Positions 1-14,100 of a stretch of DNA of 64,000 nt are shown in pieces. Under the pieces are notes generated by a model that was given only the letters and a program-made list of their open reading frames with translations, was not told the origin of the DNA and made no database searches. Origin of the DNA: Lama glama (lineage: Eukaryota); contig CM052840.1 in assembly GCA_028534125.1 (NCBI GenBank), positions 992,001 to 1,056,000 of the forward strand, written 5' to 3'. The position numbers and the translations under genes are program-made. Every line of letters begins with the position of its first letter. Position 1 is the stretch's first letter.

Positions 1-689
1 CCACCCGAGCTGCTCGGGAAGGCAGGGCTCAGGCCCTTGTTTGTGGTTTTCCCCCTGTGCTGAGCCAGTGTCAGGCACACAGCAGGCGCCTACGCACACC
101 TGAGGAACAACGGGATGAACTGTCCTCAAAAACCACCGGGACAGGAGCTCCCACAGCCTCTTCTGCATCAGAACCTCACAGGCCCCTTCCTCTCACCTCC
201 CCTCAGTCCTTTCAGCTGCCATTTAATCCCTGATTTTTGGGTCAAGAGCTAGTAAGTAGCCTCTCCAAGGTCTTGGATGGAGATAAGCTGCCCCCGCAGC
301 CTTTTCTGGAATAAGTAATCCTAAAAATATCTTTCATCACTTCCTTGGCTCTCCTCTTGGCCCATCTCCAAGCCCTTCCTCAGATTTCCGCCTTGGACCC
401 GACCCTGAGCATTCCTGGCCAGCTCTGCCAAGGAGAGAGCCCTTGTGTGAAGAAGCCTGAGGTGGGGGTGGGGGTGGGGACCCGGAGGTGAGAGCAATTT
501 TCCACTTCAAGGGCCTCCAGCCAGGGCACTACCTCCCTGCCCAAGTTTCTGAAACTGCTCATTCAAGCCATCTTATGTTACCACCACCAGCCCAGACCCC
601 TTCCTGGCATCCTGGGGGACGAGCCCCTCCCGGCAGGATACAGTGTGATGATCTCGTGCCCCGGCTCTCAGCGCTCCACTTTGACCATT

Positions 690-815
690 CCTGAGCACTC
701 CCTGGAGGAGCCTGTTAGAATGCAGATCCCCGAGCCCCATCCTCAAAAATTCTGATTCCAAGGATCTGGGTTGAGGCTTATTTTCAGCCAGCCCCCAAGA
801 TGCTGATGGTCCAGA
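690..815. mobile_element. MER5A-like hAT-Charlie DNA transposon fragment
   Basis: GAGCCTGTTAGAATGCAGATCCCCGAGCCCCATCCTCAAAAATTCTGATTC...CCCCCAAGATGCTGATG. Confidence 0.65.
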
Positions 816-1469
816 AATACTCACGGACCATCTCCCCAGGAAACCAAAGGGAGGCAGGGACCTGGTCTTGCTGCCCTTCCCAGGTAGAAGAGGCAGATGG
901 AGCAGTGGGGGCAGGACAGTGGCAAGGACCTTGGATCTGGCCACCTCAAGACAGTGAAATCCCCTCCCACCATCCTCCAACTCAGAGCCCAGAGCTGCAG
1001 GAAGCCAGTGGAGGGAGGAGCAGAAAGCACCCCCAGGAGAAGAAATGTCGAGCAGCTTCTGCAGTGACAGAGTAAGTTTTACTCTGTCCCAGGGCACTGA
1101 ACAGGCAGAGACTGGCCACCTGGTTGATGGGAAAGGGCAAGGCAATGGTCCTCAACCCTAACCCTGGTGAATGGTCCCTCAGTGATCTGTAAGGCTGTCC
1201 AGTTGTCCCTCTGGTCTCTGCCTCTCTGTCTCTTGGGAGTCATTTCGGCCCCTGAAACTGAGCCCAGCTCGAGGCTCCTGAGCTTCCTGACATCCCCAGA
1301 TGCCCCATCCACAGATAAGCAGCAAACACCCTCATCACCCCTTCACTCCATTGGTCTCGGGCCCCCACCACAGTCCCGACGGACCCTTTGATTCTGTCAG
1401 GCTCTGTGCAAACCCACCCCATCCCCGGGGAGCTCCAGGTATTCCGGATTTATATCTGGAGGCCTGGCC

Positions 1470-1610
1470 CTCTAACTAGCAGTGTGAGCTAGAGTAGCCT
1501 CCCAGCATTTCTGAGCCCCAGTTACTTCATCTGTAAAGTGGGACTGATAATCCCCACCTCCCAGAGAACCCATGAGGATCAAATGAAATAAACCATGTGG
1601 AGGCACCTAG
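1470..1610 (+). mobile_element. MIR SINE fragment
   Basis: CTGAGCCCCAGTTACTTCATCTGTAAAGTGGGACTGATAAT...GAGGATCAAATGAAATAA (MIR core). Confidence 0.75.
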
Positions 1611-4600
1611 TTTGGTATGTTCTCTGTGTTCCTACTAGAGCCCCATCCAGGGAAACCATGAAGAGAGACGTCTATTCAGCTTATCTGATGCTCAAGGAGG
1701 TGACTTCAAAATAAAGATGCCCTCACTGTTGTCCTTCTTCAGGGTGGTACCTGGTACTCTTGGAAAAGGAGTGCTTGATCAATCAAATGTACGTTCTGTT
1801 GACTAGACATCGCCTGCTCAGCCCCAGCTGGCCTGGCCTTGTCACCTGTCCTCAGACATCCTGCCCTCTGCACCACCCCCATGCCCTCCCTCACATACCT
1901 ACATGTATCTCCCAAAGCCTGCAGACTCCAGCTGGCCAGGAATGCTTTCATCGCTCCCCAAATCAGGGTCACCTGTTAGTCTTTTCTCCCCACTTAGACC
2001 TCACATTCCCCAAGAGCAAACTCTAGGAATTGCCTGTTTGATCCCAGCTTTAAATGATACAGTTCCAAAAAAGTCAAATGTCATAGCACATCACACGAAC
2101 CATTCCCAAATTTGTCCCTCTCTGGGGACTTGGAAGCTAGCAGAGGATTCTGTAGTATCAGGTGATGTCATGATGGCCCAGCACAGAAATTCAGGGTTGG
2201 GGATGTCCCAGTTGGTGGCCTGCCAGCCACAGTGTTCACCATTCCTTTTCAGAGGCTTTGGTGAGAGAGACCCTCCCTGGTCATGCTGGCCGCTGATGAA
2301 GACCTCTGTGCTCATAGCCAAATGGTATTATGAGGACCTGGGGCGTTTTGCAATGTACTTTTCAGAGAACATAGAATATTAGAGCTGGAAGGGGTCTTAG
2401 GGAACATCTAGTCCCACATCCCTTCCCACCTCCACTTTACAGACAAGGAAACAGGAAGTGACTGGTCCAAGGTCACCTCGGGAGTGAGGGACAGAGCTCA
2501 AGTCCAGATTTCCTAGCACCCTGATCTTACTCAGAACCCTACTGGGAGGGAGCCAGGATAAAGAGCCATGAAATGTACAAAGCCCTGGAACATTCACCTT
2601 TCATTTAGTCTTCTCCTCTAGCCTGTGAGGGAGGTATTATCCATAGCATTCTGATTTTACTGTAGTGGAAGAGGCTCAGAGGGGGTATGGTACCTGCCTA
2701 AGGTCACACAGCTAACACATCAAGAGCTCTGTCCTTCAGAAGCCAATCAAGACCAGCTCTGTTAGAGACCTGAGGTCTTTGTGTTTCATGGGCTTAAGGG
2801 AAAAGGGCCCTCTGCCTCCTAAGTGGGAGTGGGAGGGTGGCCATGGGAGGAGGTGAGAGGAGACCTCACTCCGTAAATTCTTATCCTCACAACATCTTGA
2901 CGGGACTGTCTCCAAAGTTTCACAACCACTGTAAGTTAGTGGTGGCTCTCAGAACTGGGCCACGTGGAGGTCTTCTGTTGTTGGGCTGTTGCCTCTCCCT
3001 ATAACCCTCCACCTGTACATAAAAGTCCCATGGTGGGGACAGCTACTGTGAGCCAGGACTTACTCACTCACTCGCTCATTCAGCAAACACCATGTGTCGG
3101 GCCATGTGTGAGGCACCAAGGCTGCTCAAGAGGCTAGGACAGTCAGCAGAGCCAGAGGGGACGGGGCTCCAAGGGGGGCTGGGGTCCTCCCTGGCTCTCA
3201 CCTCTTAGACTTCCCTGTGTTCTAACAGGGGAGACAGAGACATCAAGAAGGAATTGACCATTCGCTGAGGCAGATGCTCTGATAAGGCTGTGCAGGGGCT
3301 CAAGGAGCCCAGGAAGGGGCACCTGGTCCAGGCTGGGGGACGGCAGATGGAGAGAGTGGGCTGAGTTCAGAAGTATGTATAGAGGTAAACCTGGCAAGAT
3401 AGAGAAGAAAGGACATTCCAGGAAGCAGATGCAAAAAGCACAAGCAAAGGTATGGGGAAACAAAGAGCGAGACGTGCGTCAGCTGCTTGTGCATGCTTAC
3501 AGAAAGATCTGGAAGGGTGTATCCTCCACTGCTGAGGCTGGTTATCTCAGGAAAATTAGGTTGTGCAGGCTTTGGCTTTCTTATTTGCACGTTTTAATTT
3601 TGTTTGAAATGTTTTACAATGAGCAGGGATGACGTCCGTCAGCAGAAAAAAAAAAAACTAGTACACCAAAACACTAGAATGTTTTGTGAATGATAGAATT
3701 TGGAAAAGCATGGTGTTTGGGGAGTGTAAAATTGGAGGAGAAAACGAAGAGAGCTGTCAAAAGTCCCCAGGGCCTGGAGCAGCAGTGGGGTCTGACTCCA
3801 GCCCGCAGGCGATGGCTGCAGGGCTCATTAATTGGGCAAGTCCTTTCCAGGAAAGCCGCAGGGCAGCTGGAGCGGGATGTCTTCCAGCTATAGCTCCAGG
3901 GAGCAAGCAGATCCTTGGGGCTCCGGGGCTGCCAGCTAAAGCTCCCACTTTTCTCACGCTGAAGTGAGCTGGGGAGACAGGCCCACTGGCAGCACCAGGG
4001 AACTCTAGGCGCCTCATCGGGGTGTTTCTCTTGGCCCCTGTCTCTGTTCCACCACCTCACTCTCTAGCCTGGAACTGGACTAGACCAGTGAAGGACGAAA
4101 TGCATGAAGCTCTTTAAACAAGGTCACTTACAAAATCAAATTTTTTTTTGATCTTCACAGGAGTTTTCTATAGACATCTTCAAAAAAAAAAAACACTCTC
4201 AGTATTAGTAGGATCTTTCTCTATTTGTCTTTTGGGACAAATGGGACGGAGGGAGTAACTTGCAAGCTGGAACTCAGGTGTGTCATTCAAACACAAGGAC
4301 ACTGCCAGTTTCTTCATCCATTCCGCTGGGTCTGGAGGAAGTCACTGCAATTTGAGGGGCATCAACAATGTCTCCAACCCAGAATAACCTTTCCTTCACT
4401 GGGGTTTGGAATTTTATTTTAGGGTTAGGCACTGCTCATCCTCTTCCTATAGCTTCTCCTTCCCCGTCCCCCGACGCCCACTACAAATGCCCGGGAAGAT
4501 CAGGATCTGATAGATCCCAACAACTTGACGCACGTTTGTTGGTGGTGCGTGTTTTCCTCGGCAGAGATCACAGACCAAATTGATATTATTGGTTCTACCG

Positions 4601-6799
4601 CTTAAAGAGCTCAGAAAGGGGAGTGGTCCCTGGGGACAGATCAGGGGTCCTGGCTGGGGTGCCTTATTACCCACGCCCTCCCCACACTGGGGATTGCGGA
4701 GAGTCTCCCAAGAAAAGAATGAGAGAAGCCAGATGTTCAGAGGAAGAGCCTCTGGGTTCGGGGCCACTCTCCTGTCTGACCACTCCTCTTTTGGCTAGAA
4801 TGAGGGGAAGCTGCTCTCTCTTCCTGAAGGGGAGGTCTGCCTTCTAGAGCCTCAGTGGATGAAGAGCAGCTCCAGAAGATAGGGACATGTCTCATTCAAT
4901 GACACTGCTGATGACAGAGATGATGGATTTCAATATCAGGGTGGAAACAGCACAGGAGACTGAGGGACATTTCAGAGAATGATGATTTTTAAAGTGATGA
5001 TGTGAAAAATCATCAATTACCAATCAAAATCCCATCATTTGTGCCCAGAGAACATATCTGGGAGGCTAGTGGAGGAAGCAGCACGACTAGGGGTAAGGCA
5101 GGATTCCTCTCACCTAACTATGAATTTGAATCATTTACAGAATACTCATGCCCAGGTCCCCTGAGACATAGTAAATTTGAATATCTAAGGACAAGGTCTG
5201 AGAAGCTGTACATTTATTTTTTGAACCCTCCAGGTAGTTGGGGAATCCTAACTGTGGTTAAGATGAGGATGGGGTCTGGGGGGGAAGAACCACTGGGTTA
5301 GGGCGGAAGGGGCAGGGAGCCCAGGTCTGAGAAAGGAAGGACAGTGGGGAGGAGGGAGCTCTGCGCGCATTCGCGGGGGCCTCCTGATTCTGGGAGAGCC
5401 GGTCAAGGAAGAAACTGGACTTGCTGTTTCAGAAAGAAATTTGCCACAGTGCAGTCCCCCCTGGAAGCAGAGACTCTGGGGTGGGGGGTGGGGTTTGCAG
5501 AGAGGCCACCAGACCACTGTGCACCCTCGCCCACAACTTACGTCCTGATAAGTAGGTCAACTTGGACTTCCCTTCAGGGCCAGTGGAGTGGACTTAGAGT
5601 GATTTTCTGAGTCCCTGGCATCCCACTTACTGGTTCCCACTTCCCACCAACGCCTAGAATGCCTTTGTGCAAATTTCAATCACAGGGCCTGCTGGGAGGT
5701 GGGGCGTGGGGGAGTCAGGGAGCCCAAGCCAAGGGGAGAACCTGGCACAGATCCTAGAGTCTCGAGGTTACGCAGAGATTCAGCAAGGTTTTTTTAGCGG
5801 GGGTGGTGTCATATTACCTGACCTTAGTGGGTAGTGGGATGTCTCATTCACATACACTTTTGAGGAAATACACAATTCTTCAATGACACTTCTGAAACTG
5901 TTCTGATCACCCTTCCTCCTTTTCACAATTATTGTTATTTTGAGTCGTCTGGCAGCTGCCTTTGGGTTTTTCAATATGTTTAAATGTGTTATGATTTTTG
6001 TTAACGTGTCAGTTCTAGACAGTGACACAGCCTCCCCTCAGGGGAAGGACGCAGAACTGGAAACTGACATCTCTCCCATTCCACCTTCCGTGTTTCTCCC
6101 AGCACAGCCTTGCCTTTATATCGTCGAAGTTTTAAGGCGTCTGTGCTTTATCTATGGTTGATTCTAAGAATGACTAAAAATCTGTGACATCAGGCCCCTG
6201 TGGGGAGCAGTCAGGGCTCCCTGTCCTCAGGGAGCCTCTGGGGGAGTCAGAGAGGCATGGCCTGGGGAGCCTGTCGGGCCCCACTTGGAGATAAAAGCGG
6301 GTACAAGTCAATACCGGTAGAGGCAGCACCTCAAGGGAAGGCGGTCCAGTTACAGTGTAACCGGACTATCAGTTATCTAGTGTAAATGACTGGTTATCAG
6401 ATCCTCCTGGTGGGGGTTAGGGAGATGGGGGAGGGCGTGAAGGCAGAGCCCTACGTGCCCAGAGTGGGAAGAAGATATAAGGGGTGGGGGGTGCCCAAAA
6501 GAGCAGTTCAATTCGCAGCTGAAGGAGGAGAGAGGGTGCTGAGAAACCTTGCACCCCCTCCTCCCCCCTGATGCCCCCCACCGCAGATCTCCCTAGAGGC
6601 TGGAGGGGAGCAGGCCAGCCCTGTTTACCTTTAGCTGGTCAAGGACAAACAGAATGGGTGCTGAAGTGTTGATCATGCTTTTGTAAACACAGTGTCCCTG
6701 CACTTAATGAAGGTTAGATTTGGGGACATGTCTTTTGGTGGTTAAAAAAACAGTCTGACTTTATTATAAAGCAGACTCTTTCCCCAAAAAATGCAGGAC

Positions 6800-7540
6800 T
6801 GTTATGCTAAGGGAAAGAAGCCTTCCCAGAAGTACCTTCTGTATGATTTCATTTATGTGAATGAAGCCACAGAAAGGCCAAACTACGCGTGGTAGAAAGA
6901 AATCAGAAGAGTTGCTGGGCGGGGGTGGAGTGGGGATTTATTGGGATGGAGCAGGAGGGGACATTCTGGAGTCATCGCCATGCTCTGTAGCTTGACAGGG
7001 ATTTGAGCTGCACAGGTGTACACATTTGTCTGAACTCATCCTTGGCGCACTTGAGATCTGTGCATTTCATCGTATGTCAAACTTACCACCAAAAAACCCA
7101 AAGTAACTGCAACAAATGCTGAGCCCTTGTTCATGATATGATGCTGACAGCTTGGCCCAAATGGCTGCTCGATGTCTGCACCTAACTTTAAAATGCATCC
7201 AAAAATAAGAGGGATGATGGATGAATAGAGCTGGATAGACATGTGATAAAGAACATACAGCAAAATGTTTTTCTTTTTTTTAGCTCTTTATTTATTTGTG
7301 TCGGTGGGGAGGTAATTAGGTTTATTCGTTTATTCATTTGTTTTTACTGGAGGTGCTGGGGATCTAGCCCAGGACCTCACACATGCTAGGCATGTACCCT
7401 GCCACTGAGCTATACCCTCCCCACAAAATGTTAATGGTAGTAGAATCTAGGTGGTGGGTATATGATGTTCTCTGGAGAAGTCTTTCAACTTTTCTGTATG
7501 TTTAAAAATTTTCATAAGAAAATGTGAAAATAAAAAGAAT
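6800..7540 (+). mobile_element. Old L1 (L1M-type) 3' UTR fragment, interrupted by a SINE
   Basis: ATGCTAAGGGAAAGAAGCC...TGTATGATTTCATTTAT...; GTAGAATCTAGGTGGTGGGTATATG...CTTTCAACTTTTCTGTATGTTT are typical of L1M 3' ends. Boundaries approximate. Confidence 0.7.
7270..7422 (-). mobile_element. tRNA-derived SINE (camelid Vic-1-like)
   Basis: The reverse complement starts GGGGAGGGTATAGCTCAGTGG (A box) and has a B-box-like segment and an AATAAACCTAATTACCTCCCC tail. TSD CAAAATGTT (7261-7269 / 7424-7432). Nested in an old L1. Confidence 0.85.
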
Positions 7541-8034
7541 TAAAGCATCAGGGAGTCGTGCTGCCCCCTTGGGACCCTCTGAGCCCCTCTCACAGGTCTT
7601 GATTCATTTGACTCTGGTGAGTGAACAGGGCGACCAGGACCCTTCTTTATCCCTCCTCACCCCACTTCCCTTTTGCTCTGTCCCCTGAGTTCTGGCTCAA
7701 GCCAAGCTGATGACCACTCCAGATGTTACTGGCACGATGGACTCAGAGAAATGTCATCTCACAGACTCCTCACCATTTCCCTGTTTAAGGACCAAAGAGT
7801 CCTTCTTCCTTGGTAACTTTCTGACCAGCAGGCAAGTAGCGCCCTGGCTGCAGTATCCCAAGCCCAGAATTCCCTCTTTCTCTCCCATTCCCAGGCAAGG
7901 AAATAAGTAAGGGGCGTAGTTCCCACGCTCCCCTTACTTTGTTCTTTTATTGCTTCTCCATCTGCCTAGCTTGAAGGTGCTCATCAGTAGGGACTACACA
8001 CCTTATTCATCTGATTATCTCTGGGCAAGTCTAG

Positions 8035-8164
8035 TTTTTGTTTGTTTGTTTGCTTTTTGTTTGGTTTTTTGGGGTTTTTTTTACTGGAGGTACTGAGGAT
8101 TGAGCTCAGGGCCTTGTGCATGTTATGAGTGGGCCCTACTGCTGAGCTATTACCACCCTCCCCC
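8035..8164 (-). mobile_element. tRNA-derived SINE (Vic-1-like), diverged
   Basis: TACTGGAGGTACTGAGGATTGAGCTCAGGGCCTTGTGCATG...TGAGCTA; T-rich tail; TSD-like GCAAGTCTAG / GCAAGTCCAG. Confidence 0.8.
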
Positions 8165-10924
8165 ACCAGCAAGTCCAGCTTGAGTGTCTCCCTCACCCCC
8201 AAAAAACCAGAGGGATAAGCATTTCTTTCACATTTATACAGACTATCAAACTTCCTTCAGAAGACTCCATGCTGTCTAGTCTCTGATCTAATACCCGCAC
8301 CCCAGGAAGTTCTCCTTTGTGTCTAACTTAAATCCTGCATGCTGCTTTACTATAGAAGCCAATGAGGCCTGGGACCTGGGGTCTGTTCTGCTCTAGACAT
8401 GTGAATGTGCTCATGTCAGGTGCGCAGGGCTGTGTTTGTGTAATTGGTGGGGCAGCAAAATCAGGAACACTGGGGTCAAACCAATCTTTCTTCCCAGCTG
8501 GCCTTTATCCTGCACTCCACCCAAGCACCTGGTGTGGCTGAGCCACTCGAGGTGAAAGAGCGAGTCTCCATCCCCCAGTCTTCCTGGGCTGAGGACTTTC
8601 TCAGGTGACACCTCCTCAGTATGGTTCACCCAGGCATGCCCATCTCGGGGCAGCAGCCCCAGGACACCTCTTCCTCCCCAGACCCCAACTTCCCCAGATC
8701 ACTTTAGGTCCACAGACCCATTTGCCTTGCGGTTTTGGAATAAGGGCAGGAACTGGTTAGAGACAGGGTGTGTGGGAAAAACAACAAATCCTCCACGTTG
8801 TCTGGGGATGGCGAGGATGTCTTTTCCCCTTTCAGAAGAAGAAACGGAGGGCTGATTGGTTAAGCAGCTCACCCGAAGTCTCCACAATGCCCTCTTCGAT
8901 CCTCAGTGTCCAACAGGTTCCAAGTATAAGTCAAAATACATCATATTTCAGCCTGGCAGGATATAAAAATAAAAGCACAAGGCTAGAAAGTCAGGAACCC
9001 CGAGATCTGATGCAAGCTTGGGCATTTCCTAGGTGTGGGTAACTGGGAAAAACACATATGTAAAACAGGAATAAATAGTCCCTGTCCACGTCACAGGGCT
9101 GGGGCCAAAAATTAGATGAGATAGTGCATGAGAAAGCATTCTAGAAACTCTAAGTGTTCTACAAATGTAGGAGTTCTTAAAGCACCATTTTTTCCCCCTT
9201 AACCTCAGTTAGTAGCAAAACTCCGTCTCTTACCTGCTTGTTATTCCCAGGGAGACTCTAAGAGTCTAGACGCCACCAACCTACAAGGCTCTTTTTCAAC
9301 CCTGAAGACCCCCCGACCCTTCCCCTGTCTTTTCATTCTAAGCAGGAGACAGAGGTGAGCCAGGCAGGAGAGCTGAGCCTTCGCGCAGGGAGGCTCGCCT
9401 TACCTGGGGGCATCCATTACAAAGCACTGGGCTGGGAGTCCCACTGGCCCAAACTGGGATCCAGAGACTGGGTGTGTCTGACGAACTGGTGAATCAGAGG
9501 CCCTCCAGACATTTATTTACTGGGGAGGAAGAGTTCCTGTGGTCAAGTCGCTGGGGCAGAGAAAGAGAATCCAGGAAATGGACTTCTATGTCCTCTTTCC
9601 CGAGTCAAGCCCTGGGGATCAGTCCAGACCTTAGAGGGATGGGGTACAGGCCTGTGAGCAGAAGTTGAAGGGGCTGTGTTCTCATCACACTCAGGGCCCC
9701 TGTGCTTCTTAAAGACTGAACTGCAGTGCAGTCGAAAGAACCCCAACACACTGGATTGCAGAATATAGGAATTTTTCTCTCCTACAGCTCCCAAGGTGGG
9801 CAGGCTACTGGAGCCTTTGGCTTCATGAGGTCGTTCACAAGCTCAGATCCCTTTCATCTGTGGCTTTCCCTTTTGCCAGGCCATCATCACCCTGCATGGT
9901 CGGTGCTGGGTCACCAGTGTGGCAGGAAGAGGCAAGAGCGTGGAGGAAGCACGCCCAGGCCCTTACGGCTATGACCTGGAAGTGGCTCACCTTGTTCTGT
10001 GATGCTTCGATGAGGGTTCAGGTACATCATAAAGGAGCCTGGGACATGGAGTCCAGCTTGCCGCCATGTGCCCTCCATAACACGGTCTCTGGTAGACAGG
10101 GAGCAGTTGGCACCACGGCATCACTAGGGTTGAACCAACACAATGTGGCACAGACTGGCGACAAGCTGCCACCTGGAGTGGTTTCTGGTCACAGTGGGCA
10201 ATGAGGCTTTGGACCCTTAAGGGCTGTGTTTCCAGGAGGCAGCAGAGCAGAGCTCCCAGGAGGGGCCCTCTCTCCGTAGCAGGTGGGCAATGGACAGTGA
10301 GAATGATTTTGGAGCAGAAACCCCTTCCCAGAGACCCCGGGAACCTTGCAAGCCTAACCACAGGGAACTGCGGCCGGGGAGGGGATTCAGGCCCTGAGTC
10401 AGAGGGAGGGGGCGCGACAGGCAAAATGTGGGTAAGTCACGATAATATGAGCTCACCAGCTGCTGGGGTGTGGCTGCAAATGAAGCACCTCTTTGGAACC
10501 CTTGGCCCTTCATGGAGCATGGCTAGAACCGCAATAAATGATGGCTCTTCTATAATTGCCGGGGGCAGGACCCAGGATGGGAATTCGGTCAATAGGTAGG
10601 TCAGTCAACAACAAGCACTCTTGTTCGTATGCTTAGTACATTTGGTCCGTGAGGGACACGATAGAAGCGAAATACCCAAATCCGATGCTACTGGAAGGTA
10701 GCTTCTTGTAACCCATCAGAGCCACATCCCTAAAAGCTCGTGGTTAAGTGTCCACCTGCGGTTATCACCTGAGAGTGCGTGCAATCAGAGCAAACAGGGT
10801 GGACTTCATGGAGGAGGTGTGGGACTTGAGTTGAAGGACTTGGAGAACTGAAAGAGAGGGGAGAACATTTCAAGCTAGACGGGGACAGGGTATAAGAGAA
10901 AGGACAGGGCAGGTGGGATAGGTG

Positions 10925-11125
10925 CTATGGAAATTGCCAGACTCTGCACTAAATGCTTTTCATGCATCACCTTGTTTAATCTCCCCAATATCACTCTGAG
11001 GTGGGTGCTGTCATTACTCACATTTTGAAGATGAGGAAACTGAGAGCTCAGAGAGGTGCAGTAACTTGCCTATAATCACACAGCTTGTTCCTAGGGAGCC
11101 AGAGCCAATCCCAGGACACTCTGGT
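10925..11125 (-). mobile_element. MIR SINE
   Basis: CATTTTGAAGATGAGGAAACTGAGAGCTCAGAGAGGTGCAGTAACTTGCC (antisense MIR core). Confidence 0.8.
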
Positions 11126-14100
11126 TGCAGAGTCTGCTGTCAGCCTCATCGCCAGGGCCAGCAGTGGCATCAGAATGTCCCAGACGAACTTGCTGCTACC
11201 CTTGGCAAACAGCCCCAACGGTCACCTCGAAGGCTGACGAGCCCCGACTGCTCCGAGCTCCCTGCTCAGTGGAGCAGTTCGGGTCCTGCCCGCAAGCCTG
11301 GCGCCCTGCCTGCCCCTGAAGATGCCTTCAGTGCTTCAGTGGGAATCACAGCCAACAAGTGTACCAGCAGGACGAGACAAGCTAAGTGCTCAAGAGGCTG
11401 CCAGGGAACAATGCGGCTCTGTGAGCAGCCCAGGCCGCAGCGCAGCCCTGGAGGGCTGACAGGAACTCGCCCCAGCCAACCGAGCTGTCTCCAGGACTCC
11501 TCAGAACCCGCTTCTGCTGTGGCCTGTTTCCTGCACTCGGAGGAGTTAGGACATGTGATTCTTAAGCCTCGGACCCCAGAGCCACTCAGCCAGGTTCCAG
11601 CATCTCCACCTCTGCCTACTTTGCTAGGAGACCCAGAGAAGTGGCCCCTGGTCCTCTCCTGTACCCTCACACTGAAACCATGCACGTCTCCCATCCCCCT
11701 GACTCCCAGAGGGAGACTGGGGTTCAAGCTGCTCAGAACTGACTGGACAGAGGAACCCTGGGTGTGTCCCAGGCTGAAGCCCTGTCTTGGTCCCAGTCTC
11801 CTACCCAGAGTGGACAAGCCCCTTCCCTAGGGCTGAAAACCTACCCCTGACAATGGTCCCACCTCTGCCTTAGCCTTTTGTGAGCAGTTCGGGGAAAGAA
11901 GAGGTAGGAATCAAGGTGCTAGGTGCTCTGACTTTGGAAAGTTGAAAAAAAAGCCACAACAAATGAGGCTTTCTTTGGGGAGGTACACTGATATCTTTCT
12001 AGACGTGTCCCCTAAACGCAGCCCCTGGGGAAAAACTCAGGGGAGTCACCTTCCCCTCCACCGTCCCTTCTCTCCAGCGTGAACTGACGGGGGTCCCAGC
12101 TGCAAGACTCTATTCTTGCAAGGGCTGCCCACACCTAGTGTGGATCTGGCCCTAAAGAGTCTCGTTTATTCCTCAGGCAGGAGGCCTCCAGGACGCAGAG
12201 GATGAGGGGACACACCCCAACCCACCAGACAGTGAGGCAACAACCACAGACAGATGATCATCAGGGAGCATGTGGGGTGAGGAGGGAGCAAGAGGGAGGG
12301 TGTATACGTGCCCTGAGGCCCACTCCCTTTTAGAAAAGCATCTCTCCTCTCCCCCAGCACCCACAGCTCGGACACGCACACACACCCTCCCCCTCAGACT
12401 CACACCCTCCCCATGTGGCACCTCCCAGAGGCAGAAGGGGCAGGGGGGCGGGGGCTCCCAGGCCCAGGCAAAGGTAATGCCCAGATGGTTTTGCTCTGCT
12501 ACAGGAGCTTGGGAGAAGAGCCTTCTCCAACCCATTCTGCCACTTGGCTGCATCCCTGGGAGGCCGTGAGAGAAAGCCCTGTGCGTGGGAGCTCAACATT
12601 CCGGGTTCCCGGAGCCAGGGTCATTTGTGGTGCAGCGGGAGAAAGGGTGTCCCTGGCTGGGGTGTGGCCAAGCAGCTGAAGGCAGCAGGTATCCAAGAGA
12701 TGACAGAGATGAGCAAAGGGCCGGCAGGGGCGCAGTTGTGCCCGAAGGAAAGGAACCTGCCTTACAAAAGCACTTCTTGTTGCCGCATGTGCCCTTTTAC
12801 AGATATACAAACTGAGTCCCGGAGGTCGCATGACCAGCAAACTCAGAGTTAGGACTTCAGCCTGAAGTCTGCTCTTCTCACTCTATCCTGATGCCTCTCA
12901 AGTGCATGTGACGCCGTCGCTGCCTTCAAAGAGCTGTTGGGGAGACGACAGCTGGAAGACCTAGAACACCTGCTCTTTGGCTGGTTGGGGTTCAGAGAGC
13001 ACAGCTGTCAGCACTCAGAGAAGAGGGGCATGTGTGGTCGCGGGTGATGGGCAGAAAGCGTTGGGAGGACTGGGCTGGGTGGTTAGGGAGGGGTGCCTTC
13101 CAGTTTGACTCTTTCCTGGAGCATGCAGGATAGGAAAGGGGAAACGGGGAGGGATCATCTTCCAGTGACTCTCCACGGTCAACGGAACAGCATCTTCTGG
13201 CTGAACCCTCTCGCTGCCCAAGCTGGACCCTGGAGGTTGGGTAAAGCCCTGGAACCAAGCAGATCAGTTCCATGTTTCTCCCGCTCTCTCAGTTCTCCCA
13301 GAATTGGGGTCTAGGTCCTCTATAGCCCACTCCTCATGGCAGCCCCTCCACCAGGTTAATATGTGCTTGGCTTAAGGCCCCAAAGCCAGGATTGCAGTCC
13401 ACATTAACAGCCCAGAACTCACCCCCTCCCCACCTCCAGCCTCATTCTCAGCACTCCCAGGTCAGCGTGAACTGCCCTGGGCACCCTCAGCCACTCCACC
13501 AGGGTCTGGTTCCGAGCAGAAGCATTTCTTCTCTCTGGGAGCTGAAAGACCAGCCCCCTGGGGGCCACATCCCCGGGATCCCAGGCCCTGGCACTGCAGA
13601 CTTGTTTCCCCCAAACCTCTCCCTTAACAAAGGTGGCTGGTGCTAAGCGAGCAGGGCAGGCCCTCTGCAGCCAAAATGTGTTCACTGCATCTCTGGATAG
13701 TAACTGAGGGATACTGAGAAGGGGGAGAGGAAGGGGGTCGACAAGTAGCCTCCCACCCGCTTTGTGGAGAGAGAGCTTGGTTTGTACTTGAGGACCAGAC
13801 TGGAGGGGTAGGCTGGGGTCCTGAGCCGAGCTCGGGGCTCAGCTCTGACACTGCCTCTCTGGGTGACCTTGGGCAGTTACCTCCCATTACTGGGGCCACG
13901 GGTCTCTCATCTGTAAAATAAGGGAGGTGCCTCAGATCCCTAGCCCATTCCTCTTCTCCCCGTTCTCTGGTTCAGCTACACTCCCTCCCCTTCCTCTGGC
14001 CCCAGATGCTTGGGGGTCTTGGCCAACTCTGATCTGACTCCAGATGGGTCCTGTCCTTACCCACCACCCTTCAGCGTCCACCCTTAGGTTCCTTCCAACA

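Noticed and set aside
11066-11830. 254-aa + strand ORF (and an overlapping 183-aa - strand ORF)
   Set aside because: It starts at a non-ATG codon inside a MIR, has the Pro/Ser/Arg-rich composition typical of GC-rich non-coding DNA, and shows no recognisable domain or exon structure.
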